Translations under genes and position numbers: made by a program
Shown: in pieces, positions 42,699-53,390 of the stretch
Position numbering within the stretch: the stretch's first letter is position 1
Layout: each line of letters opens with the position of its first letter
DNA from: an uncultured Actinomycetes bacterium
GTDB taxonomy: Bacteria > Actinomycetota > Coriobacteriia > Anaerosomatales > CAVRZR01
Reading direction: 5' to 3'
DNA: 64,000 nt
Assembly: GCA_963809535.1 (NCBI GenBank)
Contig: CAWEJW010000001.1
Span: 1,150,105-1,214,104, forward strand
The notes under the pieces: model-generated
The model's database searches: none
What the model saw: the letters and a program-made list of their open reading frames with translations, nothing else
Told to the model about the DNA's origin: nothing

Positions 42699-42724
42699 GA
42701 AGCGCGGCTTCCAAGCCGCGCTTC
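42699..42724. terminator. Strong GC hairpin in a divergent intergenic region (terminator-like in both orientations)
   Basis: GAAGCGCGGC-TTCCAA-GCCGCGCTTC, followed by GTTTTG on the + strand and preceded by the complement of CAAAAC. Confidence 0.4.
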
Positions 42725-42934
42725 GTTTTGTCGAAAGAGAGGCACTAACCCTCGGTCGGCGGGGGTATATACCAATCGCTGATCGAGTCAGGTTGAAGGC
42801 CGATTGAGACGGGTGCCAGTCGGCTGAGCGGCGCGAGGGTCGAGGTGATGCCCGGGCGCTGGATTCGGCTCAATCGGGGGAAGGTGGCCTGCAGGACGTG
42901 CAGGTCACGACAAGCTACATGTTTGGAGGCAGCT

Positions 42935-44047
42935 ATGCGCGGAAAGAAGGTACCGGTTCTGTTCATCGCGATGGTGCTTCTTCTGGGCCTCGCGATGGTG
43001 CTTACGAGCTGCAAGAGCGGATCGCCCTCTGGCGGAACCACTACTCCGCCCAAGACGCTCAAAATCGCTCTTCTGCTCCCCGAAACAAAGACGGCCCGCT
43101 ACGAAACCCAGGACAGGCCGCTCTTCGAGGCGAAGGTCAAGGAACTCGATCCCAACATCGAGATCCTGTACAGCAACGCCAACCAGGACGCTGTCCAGCA
43201 GCAGTCGCAGGCTGACGCGGCGCTGACCAACGGCGCGAACGTGCTGGTACTGGATCCGGTCGACTCGGCGTCTGCCGCTTCGATCGTGACGAAGGCGAAA
43301 GCCCAGAACGTGCCCGTGATCAGCTACGACCGTCTGATCCTGAACGCGGACGTCGACTACTACATCTCGTTCGACAACGAGCAGGTCGGCAAGCTTCAGG
43401 GAACCGCCTTGCTCGAGAAGCTGACCGCGGACGGCAAAGCTGGCGGGACGATTGTGATGATCAACGGCTCACCCACCGACAACAACGCAACGCTGTTCAA
43501 GAAGGGCGCCCACAGCGCGCTCGACGGCAAAGTGAAGATCGGTGCCGAGTACGACACTCCCGACTGGAGCCCCGACAAGGCCCAGACCGAGATGGACCAG
43601 GCCATCACCAAGCTCGGCAAGACCGGCTTCGTGGGCGTCTACTGCGCCAATGACGGCACCTGCGGTGGCGCTATCGCCGCCATGAAAGGCGCCGGCGTTG
43701 ATCCCAAGAAGACCCCGACTACGGGCCAGGACGCCGAGCTGCCTGCTATCCAGCGCGTTCTCCTGGGCGACCAGTACATGACCGTCTACAAGGCGATCAA
43801 GCCCGAGGCGGAGGGGGCTGCCGAACTCGCGGTGTCGCTTGCCAAGGGAGAAGCCATCCCAGCGACCATTTCGCTCAGCAAGGTGAACAACAAGTTCAAG
43901 GACGTTCCGTCAGTCCTGCTGACACCGGTCTCAGTCACCAAGGACAACATCAAGGACACGGTCGTCGCTGACGGCTTCTGGACGACCGCACAGATACTGA
44001 CCTCACCTGAACTCGTGGCGGCAGGCGCTGCAGTCGGACTGCAGTGA
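42935..44047 (+). CDS. CUT2-family monosaccharide ABC transporter substrate-binding lipoprotein (xylose/ribose type)
   Basis: ATG 42935 after GGAGG. Lipobox LTSCK. PBP type I pattern (IALLLPE..ARYE.., VLVLDPVDS, VISYDR). Confidence 0.85.
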   Translation: MRGKKVPVLFIAMVLLLGLAMVLTSCKSGSPSGGTTTPPKTLKIALLLPETKTARYETQDRPLFEAKVKELDPNIEILYSNANQDAVQQQSQADAALTNGANVLVLDPVDSASAASIVTKAKAQNVPVISYDRLILNADVDYYISFDNEQVGKLQGTALLEKLTADGKAGGTIVMINGSPTDNNATLFKKGAHSALDGKVKIGAEYDTPDWSPDKAQTEMDQAITKLGKTGFVGVYCANDGTCGGAIAAMKGAGVDPKKTPTTGQDAELPAIQRVLLGDQYMTVYKAIKPEAEGAAELAVSLAKGEAIPATISLSKVNNKFKDVPSVLLTPVSVTKDNIKDTVVADGFWTTAQILTSPELVAAGAAVGLQ

Positions 44048-44862
44048 TCCAAGCTACGGCAGATACACCCGCCGCAGGCAAGGAGTGGCTCCTCTCGCTG
44101 AAAGGCGTGAGCAAGGCCTTTGGCGCCAACCAGGCTCTCGCCGGCGTCGACTTCGAAGTCGACGCCGGCGAGGTCGTCGCGCTCGTCGGTGACAACGGCG
44201 CCGGCAAGTCGACCCTCATCAAGGCAGTCGCAGGTGTCCAGCTCAGCGATGAGGGCTTGTACTACTTCGCCGGCGAACCCATGAAGATCACAAGCCCCCA
44301 GGATGCCACAGCATTCGGCATCGCAACCGTCTACCAGGACCTCGCCCTGTGCGACAACCTCGATGTCGTCGCAAACCTCTACCTCGGCCGCGAGCTGTTC
44401 GTGAGTGGTCTGCCCAGGGCTGCGTATTTCGTCGACGAGACGGCAATGGAGAAGAAGGCGCTCGAGCTGCTCGATTCACTTGCGGTCACGACGATCCAGG
44501 ACGTTCGCGTGCCGGTCGGTTCGCTCTCAGGTGGCCAGCGGCAGGCCGTGGCCATCGCGCGTTCCCTGCTCGGTGAACCGCGCGTGGTCCTACTCGACGA
44601 ACCGACGGCGGCACTCGGAGTCTCACAGACGGAGCAGGTGCTCAAGCTCATCCGAACGCTGGCTGACCGAGGGCTCGGCGTCGTGGTCATCAGCCACAAC
44701 CTCGAGAATGTGTTCGCTGTCGCCGATCGGATCATCGTCCTGCGTCTAGGTCGCCGGGCTGCCACATTCGACGTCCGCGGCGTCAGTCGCGAGGACGTCG
44801 TCGCGGCGATCACTGGCGCCGAGTTCGGCTTCAAAGTCAACGACGCCGGGGGGAATGCATGA
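44044..44862 (+). CDS. Sugar ABC transporter ATP-binding protein (single NBD)
   Basis: Walker A GDNGAGKST, signature LSGGQRQ, Walker B VVLLDEPT. Confidence 0.85.
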   Translation: MIQATADTPAAGKEWLLSLKGVSKAFGANQALAGVDFEVDAGEVVALVGDNGAGKSTLIKAVAGVQLSDEGLYYFAGEPMKITSPQDATAFGIATVYQDLALCDNLDVVANLYLGRELFVSGLPRAAYFVDETAMEKKALELLDSLAVTTIQDVRVPVGSLSGGQRQAVAIARSLLGEPRVVLLDEPTAALGVSQTEQVLKLIRTLADRGLGVVVISHNLENVFAVADRIIVLRLGRRAATFDVRGVSREDVVAAITGAEFGFKVNDAGGNA

Positions 44863-46067
44863 GCGCCGACGATCAGGAGACGCTCGATCCCGAGCGTGGC
44901 CTGGGCGCAGCGCTTCGAGGAGTCGGCGCTAGGCTCGCTGCGGGAGAGGCGGGTCCCCTCCTGATCCTGCTGATGCTCGCGGTGATCTGGACCTTCTTCC
45001 AGCTTCTGAACAACCGCTTCCTGAGCCCCGGCAACCTGACCAACTTGATGCTTCAGCAGGCTGCCGTAGCGACCATCTCGATCGGCGTGGTGCTCATTCT
45101 CTTGCTCGGAGAGATCGACCTCTCGGTCGGGGCGGTGAGCGGTCTTTGCGCCTCGGTCATGGCCGTGCTGATCGTGAACAACCACGTCCCCTCCGTCGTC
45201 GCGGTCCTCGGTGCGCTGGCGCTCGGCGCGCTCATCGGGTTGTTCAACGGCTTCATGATCACGCGGTTCCAGATTCCCTCATTCATCGTCACGTTGGCCG
45301 GCTCGCTCGCGTGGGTAGGCTTGCAGCTCTACGTGCTTGGCGAGACGGGCACGATAAACCTGAGCGACCCCTTCGTCGTCTCCCTCACGTTCACGTTCTT
45401 CCCCGACTGGGTCGGCTGGGCAGTGGCCTTGTTCGCAATCGCACTCACGCTCGGAATGTCCCTTCTCGGACGCGCCCGCCGGAAGGCGGCAGGCCTCCCG
45501 GTGGGCTCGATGCGAGGTCTCATCTTCCGCGTCGCAACCGTGGGAGCTGCGTTCGTCGCGCTCATCTTCGTCGTCAATCAGGATCGTGGCCTTCCTCTCG
45601 TCGTGGTGATCGTCTTCGCCCTGGCGCTCGTCTTCTGGTATCTCACAGAGAGCACACGCTTCGGACGACACATGTTCGCGCTCGGCGGCAATGCCGAGGC
45701 CACACGGCGAGCGGGCGTCAAGATCGATCACGTTCGCATCATCGTCTTCATGCTTGGCTCGACGCTTGCCGCAGCGGGCGGCATGCTCGGCGCTTCACGG
45801 CTGCTGGCGGTGAACCAGTCCTCGGGCAGCGGTGACGTACTGCTCATGGCGATCGCCGGCCCGGTCATCGCCGGCACAAGTCTCTTCGGGGGCCGTGGCA
45901 CCGTCTGGTCGGCGCTGCTCGGCGCCCTCGTCATCGGGTCCATCGCGAACGGCATGAACCTGCTCGCTCTCTCATCGTCGGTGAAGTTCATAGTCACCGG
46001 CGCCGTCCTGATCACGGCGGTAACGATCGAGGCCATCACGCGGATGCGCCGAGTGGGCGTGCGATAG
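44859..46067 (+). CDS. Sugar ABC transporter permease (XylH/RbsC-like)
   Basis: 402-aa polytopic protein. ATG overlaps the upstream stop (ATGA). Confidence 0.85.
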   Translation: MSADDQETLDPERGLGAALRGVGARLAAGEAGPLLILLMLAVIWTFFQLLNNRFLSPGNLTNLMLQQAAVATISIGVVLILLLGEIDLSVGAVSGLCASVMAVLIVNNHVPSVVAVLGALALGALIGLFNGFMITRFQIPSFIVTLAGSLAWVGLQLYVLGETGTINLSDPFVVSLTFTFFPDWVGWAVALFAIALTLGMSLLGRARRKAAGLPVGSMRGLIFRVATVGAAFVALIFVVNQDRGLPLVVVIVFALALVFWYLTESTRFGRHMFALGGNAEATRRAGVKIDHVRIIVFMLGSTLAAAGGMLGASRLLAVNQSSGSGDVLLMAIAGPVIAGTSLFGGRGTVWSALLGALVIGSIANGMNLLALSSSVKFIVTGAVLITAVTIEAITRMRRVGVR

Positions 46068-46119
46068 AGGTAGCCGCACTCCCTGCGTCCGTCGTTCCTA
46101 CGGACGACGCGGGTCGTGA

Positions 46120-46704
46120 CTACCTCTGAGGACTGACTGCATCAGAAGTGCCGGCCGCGTCCGCGATGACCCTGCATGGATTGCCGGCGGCAGTGACGCC
46201 CGGCTCCACGGACCGTGTCACGACGCTGCCAGCACCGACGATCACATCCCGCCCAATCTGAACCCCCGGCAACACGATCGTGCCACCCCCGAGCCACGCC
46301 CTCGCTCCGATTGAAATGGGCTGCGCCGACTCCAGCCCGCCCGCACGCTGTGCCGCGTCGCGTGGATGATCCGACGTCAACAGTTGGACGCCTGGGCCGA
46401 GTTGTACATCGTCATCAAGCGTGATGTGGGCCGCGTCCAGGAAGACGCAGTTCGCGTTGACGAACACTCGAGCACCGAGATGGATCTGCGTACCGTAGTC
46501 GCAGAAGAAGGGCGCCTCGACCCAGGAGTCCGCGCCGACATCCCCAAGTAGGTCGCGGAGCAGCAGATGGCGTCCGTCGCGATCCGCCGGATCGAGCATG
46601 CTGAGCTGCTGGGCGAGGCGCCGCGCGCGAAGGCGGGCCTCGACGAGTGCGGGGTCGCGGGCATCATACAGTTCCCCGCGAAGCATCTTCTCTTGCTCGC
46701 TCAC
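46120..46704 (-). CDS. Maltose/galactoside O-acetyltransferase-like hexapeptide-repeat protein
   Basis: MSEQEKMLRGELYDA N-terminal Mac domain, followed by left-handed beta-helix repeats. Confidence 0.85.
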   Translation of the reverse strand: MSEQEKMLRGELYDARDPALVEARLRARRLAQQLSMLDPADRDGRHLLLRDLLGDVGADSWVEAPFFCDYGTQIHLGARVFVNANCVFLDAAHITLDDDVQLGPGVQLLTSDHPRDAAQRAGGLESAQPISIGARAWLGGGTIVLPGVQIGRDVIVGAGSVVTRSVEPGVTAAGNPCRVIADAAGTSDAVSPQR

Positions 46705-46784
46705 CAGAACCCCCTTTGATCCCGCATGTCTAGCCTGAACCGCGTCGCAGTCCCACGCTTGCCACGGTCATGGTCGAACGCTGT

Positions 46785-47777
46785 TCACCCGAACGCTCTG
46801 GCATACGCCTCAAGAATGTGGTCCATCTCGGCGTTCACCCTCGCGTCGATGCAGCGACGGTTCGCGTCGGCCGCGAACCAGGCCAGTGTCCGACGAATAC
46901 CATCGCGGAACGGTATCGTGGCTCGAAAACCAGGTACGAACGTCTTGACCTTGCTGTTGTCGAACACCACGCTCCACGTCTTGTCGCCCAGCAGACTCCC
47001 GGACAGGTGCGGCGCCACTTTCACGATGAAGTCGGACGGGATGTGAACGATGTTCGCCTCGACACCCAGTGCGTCGGCGATGGTCTGGTAGATCTGATTC
47101 CACGTCAGCACCTCATCGGACGTGATGTGGAACGCCTGGCCCACCGCCTGCTCGTTGCCCAGCAGGCCAAGAAGCCCTCGCCCGAAGTCGTCCGCGTGCG
47201 TCAGGACCCAAAGCGATGAGCCGTCCCCGTGCACGATGATCGGCAGCCCACGTTCCAGCCGATCGGCCAGCGTGTACGTACCCCAGCCCCCTACGGCAAT
47301 CGGGAGGTTCGTATCGTAGGTCATGGAAGGACGCACGATCGTCACCGGGAAACCCTGGTCATGGTACGCCTGCATCAGGCGTCCTTCGCAGGCAATCTTG
47401 CCGCGAGAGTAGTCCCAATAGGGGTTGTGCAGGGGTGTCGACTCCGTGATGAGATAGTGAGCCGGCGGCTTCCGATACACCGAGGCCGAACTGATGAAGA
47501 CGTACTGCTTGGTCCGTCCACCGAAGAGCGCCAGGGCGCGGTCAATGTCATCAGGCGTGAACGCTATCCAGTCGACGACGACGTCAAACTCCAAGCCCCG
47601 TAGAGCGGCTCGAGCGTCTTCCTCGCGGTGTACGTCGGCGGTCAGGCTATGAGCACCGGGCAGCTGCACGGACCGCAATCCGCGATTGAGCACGTGGAGC
47701 TCGAATCCTTCGGAGATCGCCATCCGACTGACTGCGGTACTGATGAACCCGGTGCCGCCGATGAACAGCACTCTCAT
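46785..47777 (-). CDS. NAD-dependent epimerase/dehydratase (extended SDR)
   Basis: MRVLFIGGTGFIS (GxxGxxG), 330 aa. Confidence 0.8.
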   Translation of the reverse strand: MRVLFIGGTGFISTAVSRMAISEGFELHVLNRGLRSVQLPGAHSLTADVHREEDARAALRGLEFDVVVDWIAFTPDDIDRALALFGGRTKQYVFISSASVYRKPPAHYLITESTPLHNPYWDYSRGKIACEGRLMQAYHDQGFPVTIVRPSMTYDTNLPIAVGGWGTYTLADRLERGLPIIVHGDGSSLWVLTHADDFGRGLLGLLGNEQAVGQAFHITSDEVLTWNQIYQTIADALGVEANIVHIPSDFIVKVAPHLSGSLLGDKTWSVVFDNSKVKTFVPGFRATIPFRDGIRRTLAWFAADANRRCIDARVNAEMDHILEAYARAFG

Positions 47778-47964
47778 GGCAGGTTGATTCTCCCGTCTGG
47801 CGGCAGACAGTGCTCACGCCGAGTCGCACCTCTGCCCTACGCCTAATCTACCCCCACTCAGCACGCCGTTGCAGTTGTGCACTGCACGGGAGACGAGCTC
47901 GCCCCTGCTATCATCGGGACGATCGCGCCGAGTCGTTGCTCGGCCGTCTCGCCCTGGAGGGGCA

Positions 47965-48951
47965 ATGCCAGCCACGTACGCCGTCGGAGTGGATGTCGGA
48001 GGAACGCACATCGGCGCCGGTCTTATGGAGCGCACGGGGCGGGTCGTCAAGCACACGCAAGTCCTCACCCCCAAGAACAGCCCGTTCGCGGTCCTCGACG
48101 CGATCATCGCCCTCGTCTCCGAGACGATCGGAGACACGCACCCGTCTCACGTCGCCGGCGTTGGCATCGGCCTACCGGCATTGATCGACTTCCACAAGCA
48201 GTCAGTCGAGTTCTGCACGAACCTGCCCCTCGCCGGCGTCGACGTGCGATCACTCGTCATGTCGGGCGTCAGCCAGAACGTCACACTCGACAACGACGGC
48301 AACTGCGCGGGAATCGGCGAATCGCGGTTCGGCGCGGCCAAGGGTGTGCGCGACTTCGTGATGATCACGCTCGGCACCGGCGTGGGTGGCGCCCTGCTGT
48401 TCGACGGCCAGCTGTACCGCGGCTCACGTGGATTCGCCGGGGAGATCGGACACATGGTCGTGCGCCTTGACGGCCCTCCATGCCCGTGCGGCGGTTTGGG
48501 GCACATTGAGTCGTTTCTGGGCAGCCCGGCGATCGCCGCACGCGGGAGACAGGCTGCGCGCGCCGATGGCGGCGAGACCCTCCGCACCCGCGCCTGCGGC
48601 AATCCGGACAACGTCACCGCCGAGGACGTCGTCCAGTCCGCTCTCGCGGGCGACGGTACCGCGCGCGACATACTGCTCGAGGCCGGCGACATCCTCGGGG
48701 AAGCGCTTGTCGGGATCGTGAACCTGCTCAACCCACAGCTCATCGTTGTCGGCGGCGGCATCGGCGAGTCGGCCGACATGCTCGTCGCGCGCGCAGCTGA
48801 TGTCATAGCCGAAGAGGCGCTAGCGGGTCGGCGCGACGTCAAGGTCGTGCAAGCGTTGCTCAGCAACGACGCGGGCATACTCGGCGCCGCCGCCCTGGCG
48901 TTCGACGAGTACGACGGCCGAGGGGAGCCTCTAGCCGAGCGTGACCTCTGA
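47965..48951 (+). CDS. ROK-family sugar kinase (glucokinase-like)
   Basis: ATG 47965 after GGAGGGG. VGVDVGGTHIGAG, NDGNCAGIGE, and the zinc motif CPCGGLGHIE. Confidence 0.8.
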   Translation: MPATYAVGVDVGGTHIGAGLMERTGRVVKHTQVLTPKNSPFAVLDAIIALVSETIGDTHPSHVAGVGIGLPALIDFHKQSVEFCTNLPLAGVDVRSLVMSGVSQNVTLDNDGNCAGIGESRFGAAKGVRDFVMITLGTGVGGALLFDGQLYRGSRGFAGEIGHMVVRLDGPPCPCGGLGHIESFLGSPAIAARGRQAARADGGETLRTRACGNPDNVTAEDVVQSALAGDGTARDILLEAGDILGEALVGIVNLLNPQLIVVGGGIGESADMLVARAADVIAEEALAGRRDVKVVQALLSNDAGILGAAALAFDEYDGRGEPLAERDL

Positions 48952-49014
48952 AGCACTCGTGGGAGACGGGGCGGCAACCGGAGCTGGCTCGGTTCGGAAC
49001 GACGCTGTGTAGCA

Positions 49015-49048
49015 CTGCGGCCCTCCCCGCTTCCGGGGAGGGCCGCAG
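49015..49048 (+). terminator. Terminator of the ROK kinase gene
   Basis: 14-bp stem CTGCGGCCCTCCCC-N6-GGGGAGGGCCGCAG, followed by TCAGTTTCT. Confidence 0.6.
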
Positions 49049-49056
49049 TCAGTTTC

Positions 49057-49142
49057 TGGTGTCCGAGGCGGGAGTTGAACCCGCACGCCCTTGCGGGCAC
49101 TAGGCCCTCAACCTAGCGCGTCTGCCATTCCGCCACTCGGAC
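49057..49142 (-). tRNA. tRNA-Leu (anticodon GAG), long variable arm, CCA encoded
   Basis: Reverse strand GTCCGAGTGGCGGAATGGCAGACGCGCTAGGTTGAGGGCCTAGTGCCCGCAAGGGCGTGCGGGTTCAACTCCCGCCTCGGACACCA. Confidence 0.9.
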
Positions 49143-49296
49143 AGGTCGGTCCGTCCCGAAGGACAGCGACGGAGAGTATAGCAAGACTCCAAACTGCGTG
49201 CCTAGCCCGACGCGCGCGCCATCCACTGTCCCCCCAGATGCTGGACCCAGGTACGTTCGCCCTGGATACACTGGCCGCAGAGGCAGAGACGGGAGG

Positions 49297-50361
49297 CTAC
49301 TTCGCCGCTTCCTCGTCCTCGCCGCCGAGCAGGACCGAGATCAGCTCTTCCTTGATGATCGGCTGCGTCTTGACGTCGATCGGGAATGGCCTGGCGAAGT
49401 GGCAGGCGGCCTGATGCCCGCTGACCATCTCACGAAGCAGCGGCTCCTCGGTGGCGCAGATCGGGAACTGCGCGATAGGGCAGCGAGTGTGGAAACGGCA
49501 CCCGGTCGGCGGGTCGATCGGACTCGGCGGGTCGCCAGGCAGCAGAATGCGCTCGCGCGCCTTCTGGACGTCGGGATCCGGGAGCGGTACCGCGGACAGG
49601 AGCGACTGCGTGTACGGGTGGTTGGGATTCGTGTAGAGATCCTGCCACCCCGAGATCTCAACGATCTTGCCGAGGTACATGACCGCCACGCGATCGGAGA
49701 TGTGCTGAACGACGGAGAGGTCGTGCGCGATGAACAGATACGTCAGATCCATCTCGTCCTGGAGTTTGCCCAGAAGGTTCAGTATCTGCGCTTGGATCGA
49801 GACGTCGAGCGCCGAGACCGGCTCGTCACACACGATGAGCTTGGGATTCAACGCAAGGGCGCGGGCGATGCCGATACGCTGTCTCTGACCTCCCGAGAAC
49901 TCGTGGGGGTAACGGTTGATGTGTTCTGGGTTGAGCCCAACGATGTCGAGGAGTTCCTTCGCGCGCCTCGTCTGTTCGGCCTTGGACCCGATGTTGTGGA
50001 TCACGAGCGGCTCGGTGACGATCTCGCCGATGGTGAACCGCGGATTCAGCGAGGCATACGGGTCCTGGAAGATGATCTGTACCTGACGACGAAAGGCCTT
50101 TAGCTGGGACCCCTTGAACGCGCGCACATCCGCTCCGTCGAAGGTGATAGAGCCGTCTGTGGGCTCGAGGAGGCGCATGATCGTGCGTCCCGTCGTTGAC
50201 TTGCCGCATCCCGATTCCCCGACGAGTCCGAGCGTCTCTCCCGCTTCGATCGCGAACGAGACGTCGTCGACCGCGGAAACGTATCCCGCCTGGCGCGAGA
50301 ACACACCCTGGCGAACCGGGAAGTACTTCTTGAGGTGCTCGACTTGGAGGAGTTCCGCCAT
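49297..50361 (-). CDS. Peptide/nickel ABC transporter ATP-binding protein (OppF/DppF-like)
   Basis: ATG 50361 in ORF 49297..50427. [18 protein letters not shown]-terminal oligopeptide-type Cys motif. Confidence 0.85.
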   Translation of the reverse strand: MAELLQVEHLKKYFPVRQGVFSRQAGYVSAVDDVSFAIEAGETLGLVGESGCGKSTTGRTIMRLLEPTDGSITFDGADVRAFKGSQLKAFRRQVQIIFQDPYASLNPRFTIGEIVTEPLVIHNIGSKAEQTRRAKELLDIVGLNPEHINRYPHEFSGGQRQRIGIARALALNPKLIVCDEPVSALDVSIQAQILNLLGKLQDEMDLTYLFIAHDLSVVQHISDRVAVMYLGKIVEISGWQDLYTNPNHPYTQSLLSAVPLPDPDVQKARERILLPGDPPSPIDPPTGCRFHTRCPIAQFPICATEEPLLREMVSGHQAACHFARPFPIDVKTQPIIKEELISVLLGGEDEEAAK

Positions 50362-51386
50362 CAGGCGCTCACCCCCGCGCATTCGGCAATGCCCCGTTCG
50401 AATCCGGGCTGCCCCGCGAAGTGGCACGCAGCCAGATGGGTTCCATCGACGGACTTGAACTCAGGTATGTCCGACCGACACACCTCTTGCGCGTAGGGGC
50501 ATCGGGGATGGAACGCGCAGCCCGAGGGCACGTAGATGAGGCTCGGGGGTTGACCCTTGATCGGACAGAGTTCGCTCTTCTCGGTCATGTCCGCCCGAGG
50601 AAGTGAGTCCATCAGCCCCCAGGTGTATGGGTGCAGCGGATGGTAGTAGACCTGGTCCACCGAGCCATACTCGGCGGGCCGGCCGGCGTACATGACGAGT
50701 ACGTTGTCGGCAACGTCAGCCACGACACCAAGGTCATGGGTGATCATGATGAGACCGGCTCCGGTGCGAGACTGCAGCTCCTCCATAAGTTCGACTATCT
50801 GCGCTTGGATGGTCACGTCGAGCGCCGTCGTCGGCTCGTCCGCGATCAAGATGTCGGGATCGCACGACAGCGCCATCGCGATCATCGCGCGCTGGCGCAT
50901 GCCACCCGAGAACTGGTGTGGGTAGTCCTTGACTCTCTTCTCGGGATTGGGGATGCCGACGAGGTCGAGCAGCTCGACAGCCCGATGCCAGGCGGCCTTC
51001 CTAGACAGCCCCCTGTGCAGGACGAGAGGCTCGGCGATCTGGCGTCCGATCCGGTAGACCGGGTTCAACGAGGTCATCGGGTCCTGAAAGATCATGGCGA
51101 TCTTGGCGCCACGGATCTGCCGCATCTCGTCCTCGGTCTTGGTAAGGAGCGATTCGCCCTCGAACTTCGCGTCGCCGCCTTCGATCTTGCCTGGCGGCAT
51201 GTCTATGAGGCCCATCATGGTCAGGGCGGTCACCGACTTACCCGAGCCCGACTCACCAACGACGCCGAGAGTCTCGCCACGGTCGAGCGTGTAGGACACG
51301 CCGTCGACGGCCTTCACGACACCGTCGCGCGTGTGGAAATACATCTTGAGGTCCCCGACGTCGAGGAGATGTCCGTTGTCGGCCAT
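50361..51386 (-). CDS. Peptide/nickel ABC transporter ATP-binding protein (OppD/DppD-like)
   Basis: ATG 51386 ([17 protein letters not shown]) in ORF 50361..52196. [17 protein letters not shown]. The N-terminal 270 aa of the listed ORF are a shadow of the permease gene. Confidence 0.85.
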   Translation of the reverse strand: MADNGHLLDVGDLKMYFHTRDGVVKAVDGVSYTLDRGETLGVVGESGSGKSVTALTMMGLIDMPPGKIEGGDAKFEGESLLTKTEDEMRQIRGAKIAMIFQDPMTSLNPVYRIGRQIAEPLVLHRGLSRKAAWHRAVELLDLVGIPNPEKRVKDYPHQFSGGMRQRAMIAMALSCDPDILIADEPTTALDVTIQAQIVELMEELQSRTGAGLIMITHDLGVVADVADNVLVMYAGRPAEYGSVDQVYYHPLHPYTWGLMDSLPRADMTEKSELCPIKGQPPSLIYVPSGCAFHPRCPYAQEVCRSDIPEFKSVDGTHLAACHFAGQPGFERGIAECAGVSA

Positions 51387-51388
51387 CG

Positions 51389-52381
51389 TCAGTCCTTCAT
51401 CTTCACGTCGAGGGCGTCCCGTAGGCCGTCTCCCAGCAGGGTGAACGCCAGCACCGTTGAGAGGATCGCAAGTCCGGGCCAGAAGACGAGCCCCGGCTTG
51501 ACCACGAGGTATTGCCGCCCGTCCTGGATCATGGCTCCCCAGGAGACGTTCGGGGGCAGGATACCCAGTCCCAGGAAGGACAGCGCTGCCTCGGTCAGGA
51601 TCGCGCCACCGATCGACATGGTCGCGTAGACGATGATCGGTGCAACCGCGTTCGGCGTGATGTGCCGAATCATGAGGCGACTGTCCTTCGCTCCGAGCGC
51701 CCGGCCCGCCTGAACGTAGTCGTTCTCCTTCACCGAGAGGATCGAAGAACGGAAAACGCGAGCGATCGAGGGCCATCCAAGGATGCCGATGGTCATGATC
51801 ACCGGCCAGAGACCTGTCCGCGCACGAGCGGGGAGCACGGACAGGAGCAGAAGGGCGAACATGATGTAGGGGAAGGCCAGAAAGATGTCGGCCAGCCGCA
51901 TGATGCCGGTGTCGGCAAGGCCGCCGTAGTAGCCGGACATCGCCCCGAAGGCGAGTCCGATGAGGCACGACACCGCCACCGCGGTGAAACCAACGATCAG
52001 TGAGACCCGGGCGCCGTAGATCACTCGGCCGAAGACATCGCGACCCAACTGGTCCGTGCCCATGGGGTGTCCCATTGAGGGCCCCTTGAGCTGGTTCGCG
52101 AACGCGGTCGTGCTGTTGATGAGGCGAGGGTTGCCGAAGATCTGCGGAACCCATAGGTCGGCGGTGACGGCGGCGAGCGAGATCACGATCAGCCATATCA
52201 GCGCGGCGATGGCCAACTTGTTACGACGAAGCCGGTACCAGGCATCTCCCCACAACGTACGGCTGGGCTCGGACGAACTAGCCGCGGGCCCGCCGGGAGG
52301 CGTGGCGCCGGGAACCTCGGCGGCCGGCGTCACGAGCCCGTTCTCCGCGCCATCCGGCGCGGTGTCATTCGGATCGGTCAC
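51389..52381 (-). CDS. Peptide/nickel ABC transporter permease (OppC/DppC-like)
   Basis: 330 aa, polytopic, with an EAA loop (QAGRALGAKDSRLMIRHITPN). Confidence 0.85.
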   Translation of the reverse strand: MTDPNDTAPDGAENGLVTPAAEVPGATPPGGPAASSSEPSRTLWGDAWYRLRRNKLAIAALIWLIVISLAAVTADLWVPQIFGNPRLINSTTAFANQLKGPSMGHPMGTDQLGRDVFGRVIYGARVSLIVGFTAVAVSCLIGLAFGAMSGYYGGLADTGIMRLADIFLAFPYIMFALLLLSVLPARARTGLWPVIMTIGILGWPSIARVFRSSILSVKENDYVQAGRALGAKDSRLMIRHITPNAVAPIIVYATMSIGGAILTEAALSFLGLGILPPNVSWGAMIQDGRQYLVVKPGLVFWPGLAILSTVLAFTLLGDGLRDALDVKMKD

Positions 52382-52388
52382 AGGGTGA

Positions 52389-53363
52389 TCACTCCTGAGC
52401 CGCAGGCGTGTAGCGGATGCGTGGATCGAGGAAGGCGTACGAGATGTCTACGGCAAGGTTCATGAAGAGCACCACGAAGAGGACCAGGGTGACGCCGCCA
52501 AAGACCACGGGGTAGTCACGAGCGCCAATGGCACGATAGACCGTGAATCCGATGCCCGGCCAGTTGAAGACCGTCTCAGTGAGGATCGCGCCGGACAACA
52601 TCGCTGCCAAGTCGAGTCCTATGTAGGTAACGACAGGAATAAGGGCGTTCTTCATCTGATGGCCCCACAGTACTTGGCGGTGCGAGAGGCCCTTCGCGTA
52701 CGCCGTCCTCACATAGTCCTGCCCCTTCACCTCTAGGAGCTGGCTGCGCATGATCCGCGCCGCATAGGCGGTCGAAACGGCGGCTAGCGTTATGGCGGGC
52801 AAGATGAGATGGGCCCAGTAGGGGAAGCCTCCCCCACTCACCCCCGAGATCGGCAGGTAGAAGGCCCCGTTGGTCCACTGTTTCATCAAGATGCCGAAGA
52901 AATACTGCAGCATCATGCCCAGCCAGAACACCGGCAGCGCAACGGCGATCGACGTCGACAACGTCACCAGGACGTCCCAGAAGGAATACTGTTTGAGCGC
53001 GGATATGATGCCGGCGCCAATCCCGACGATGATCTCCAGCGTGATCGCCGCCAGCGCCAGCTTCACCGTGTTCGGGAACGCCTCCTTGAAGATCGTCGTG
53101 ACCCGACGACCGTTACGGATCGATGTGCCCAGATCGCCCTTCGACATCTGCTTGAGGTAGTTGAAGTACTGCTCGTACCACGGTTTGTCGAAACCGTATG
53201 CATGCCGAAGCGTCTGGTAGACCTCCGGTGACATGGCCTTCTCCCCAGTCCGCAGCCGGACGGGGTCACCGGGAAGGATCGTCGTGATGAAGAAGAGGAG
53301 CAGCGTGACGCCGAAGAAGACCGGAATGAACTGGAGCAGGCGCCGGGCGATGTACTGGAGCAT
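52389..53363 (-). CDS. Peptide/nickel ABC transporter permease (OppB/DppB-like)
   Basis: ATG 53363 gives MLQYIARRLLQFIPVFFGVTLLLF, the canonical OppB N-terminus. Confidence 0.85.
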   Translation of the reverse strand: MLQYIARRLLQFIPVFFGVTLLLFFITTILPGDPVRLRTGEKAMSPEVYQTLRHAYGFDKPWYEQYFNYLKQMSKGDLGTSIRNGRRVTTIFKEAFPNTVKLALAAITLEIIVGIGAGIISALKQYSFWDVLVTLSTSIAVALPVFWLGMMLQYFFGILMKQWTNGAFYLPISGVSGGGFPYWAHLILPAITLAAVSTAYAARIMRSQLLEVKGQDYVRTAYAKGLSHRQVLWGHQMKNALIPVVTYIGLDLAAMLSGAILTETVFNWPGIGFTVYRAIGARDYPVVFGGVTLVLFVVLFMNLAVDISYAFLDPRIRYTPAAQE

Positions 53364-53390
53364 CTGTTGCCTTTCATTGCCTAGCACGAT

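Noticed and set aside
42763-42775. GGGGGTATATACC resembling CsoR half-sites
   Set aside because: The arms are in the opposite arrangement (GGTAT then ATACC) to the two operators at 35744 and 37190. It more likely just contains a TATATA -10 box.
50361-52196. 611-aa ORF extending the OppD-like ATPase far upstream
   Set aside because: The first 270 aa or so are low-complexity Arg/Pro/His sequence in a shadow frame of the OppC-like permease gene. The real start is ATG 51386 ([10 protein letters not shown]).
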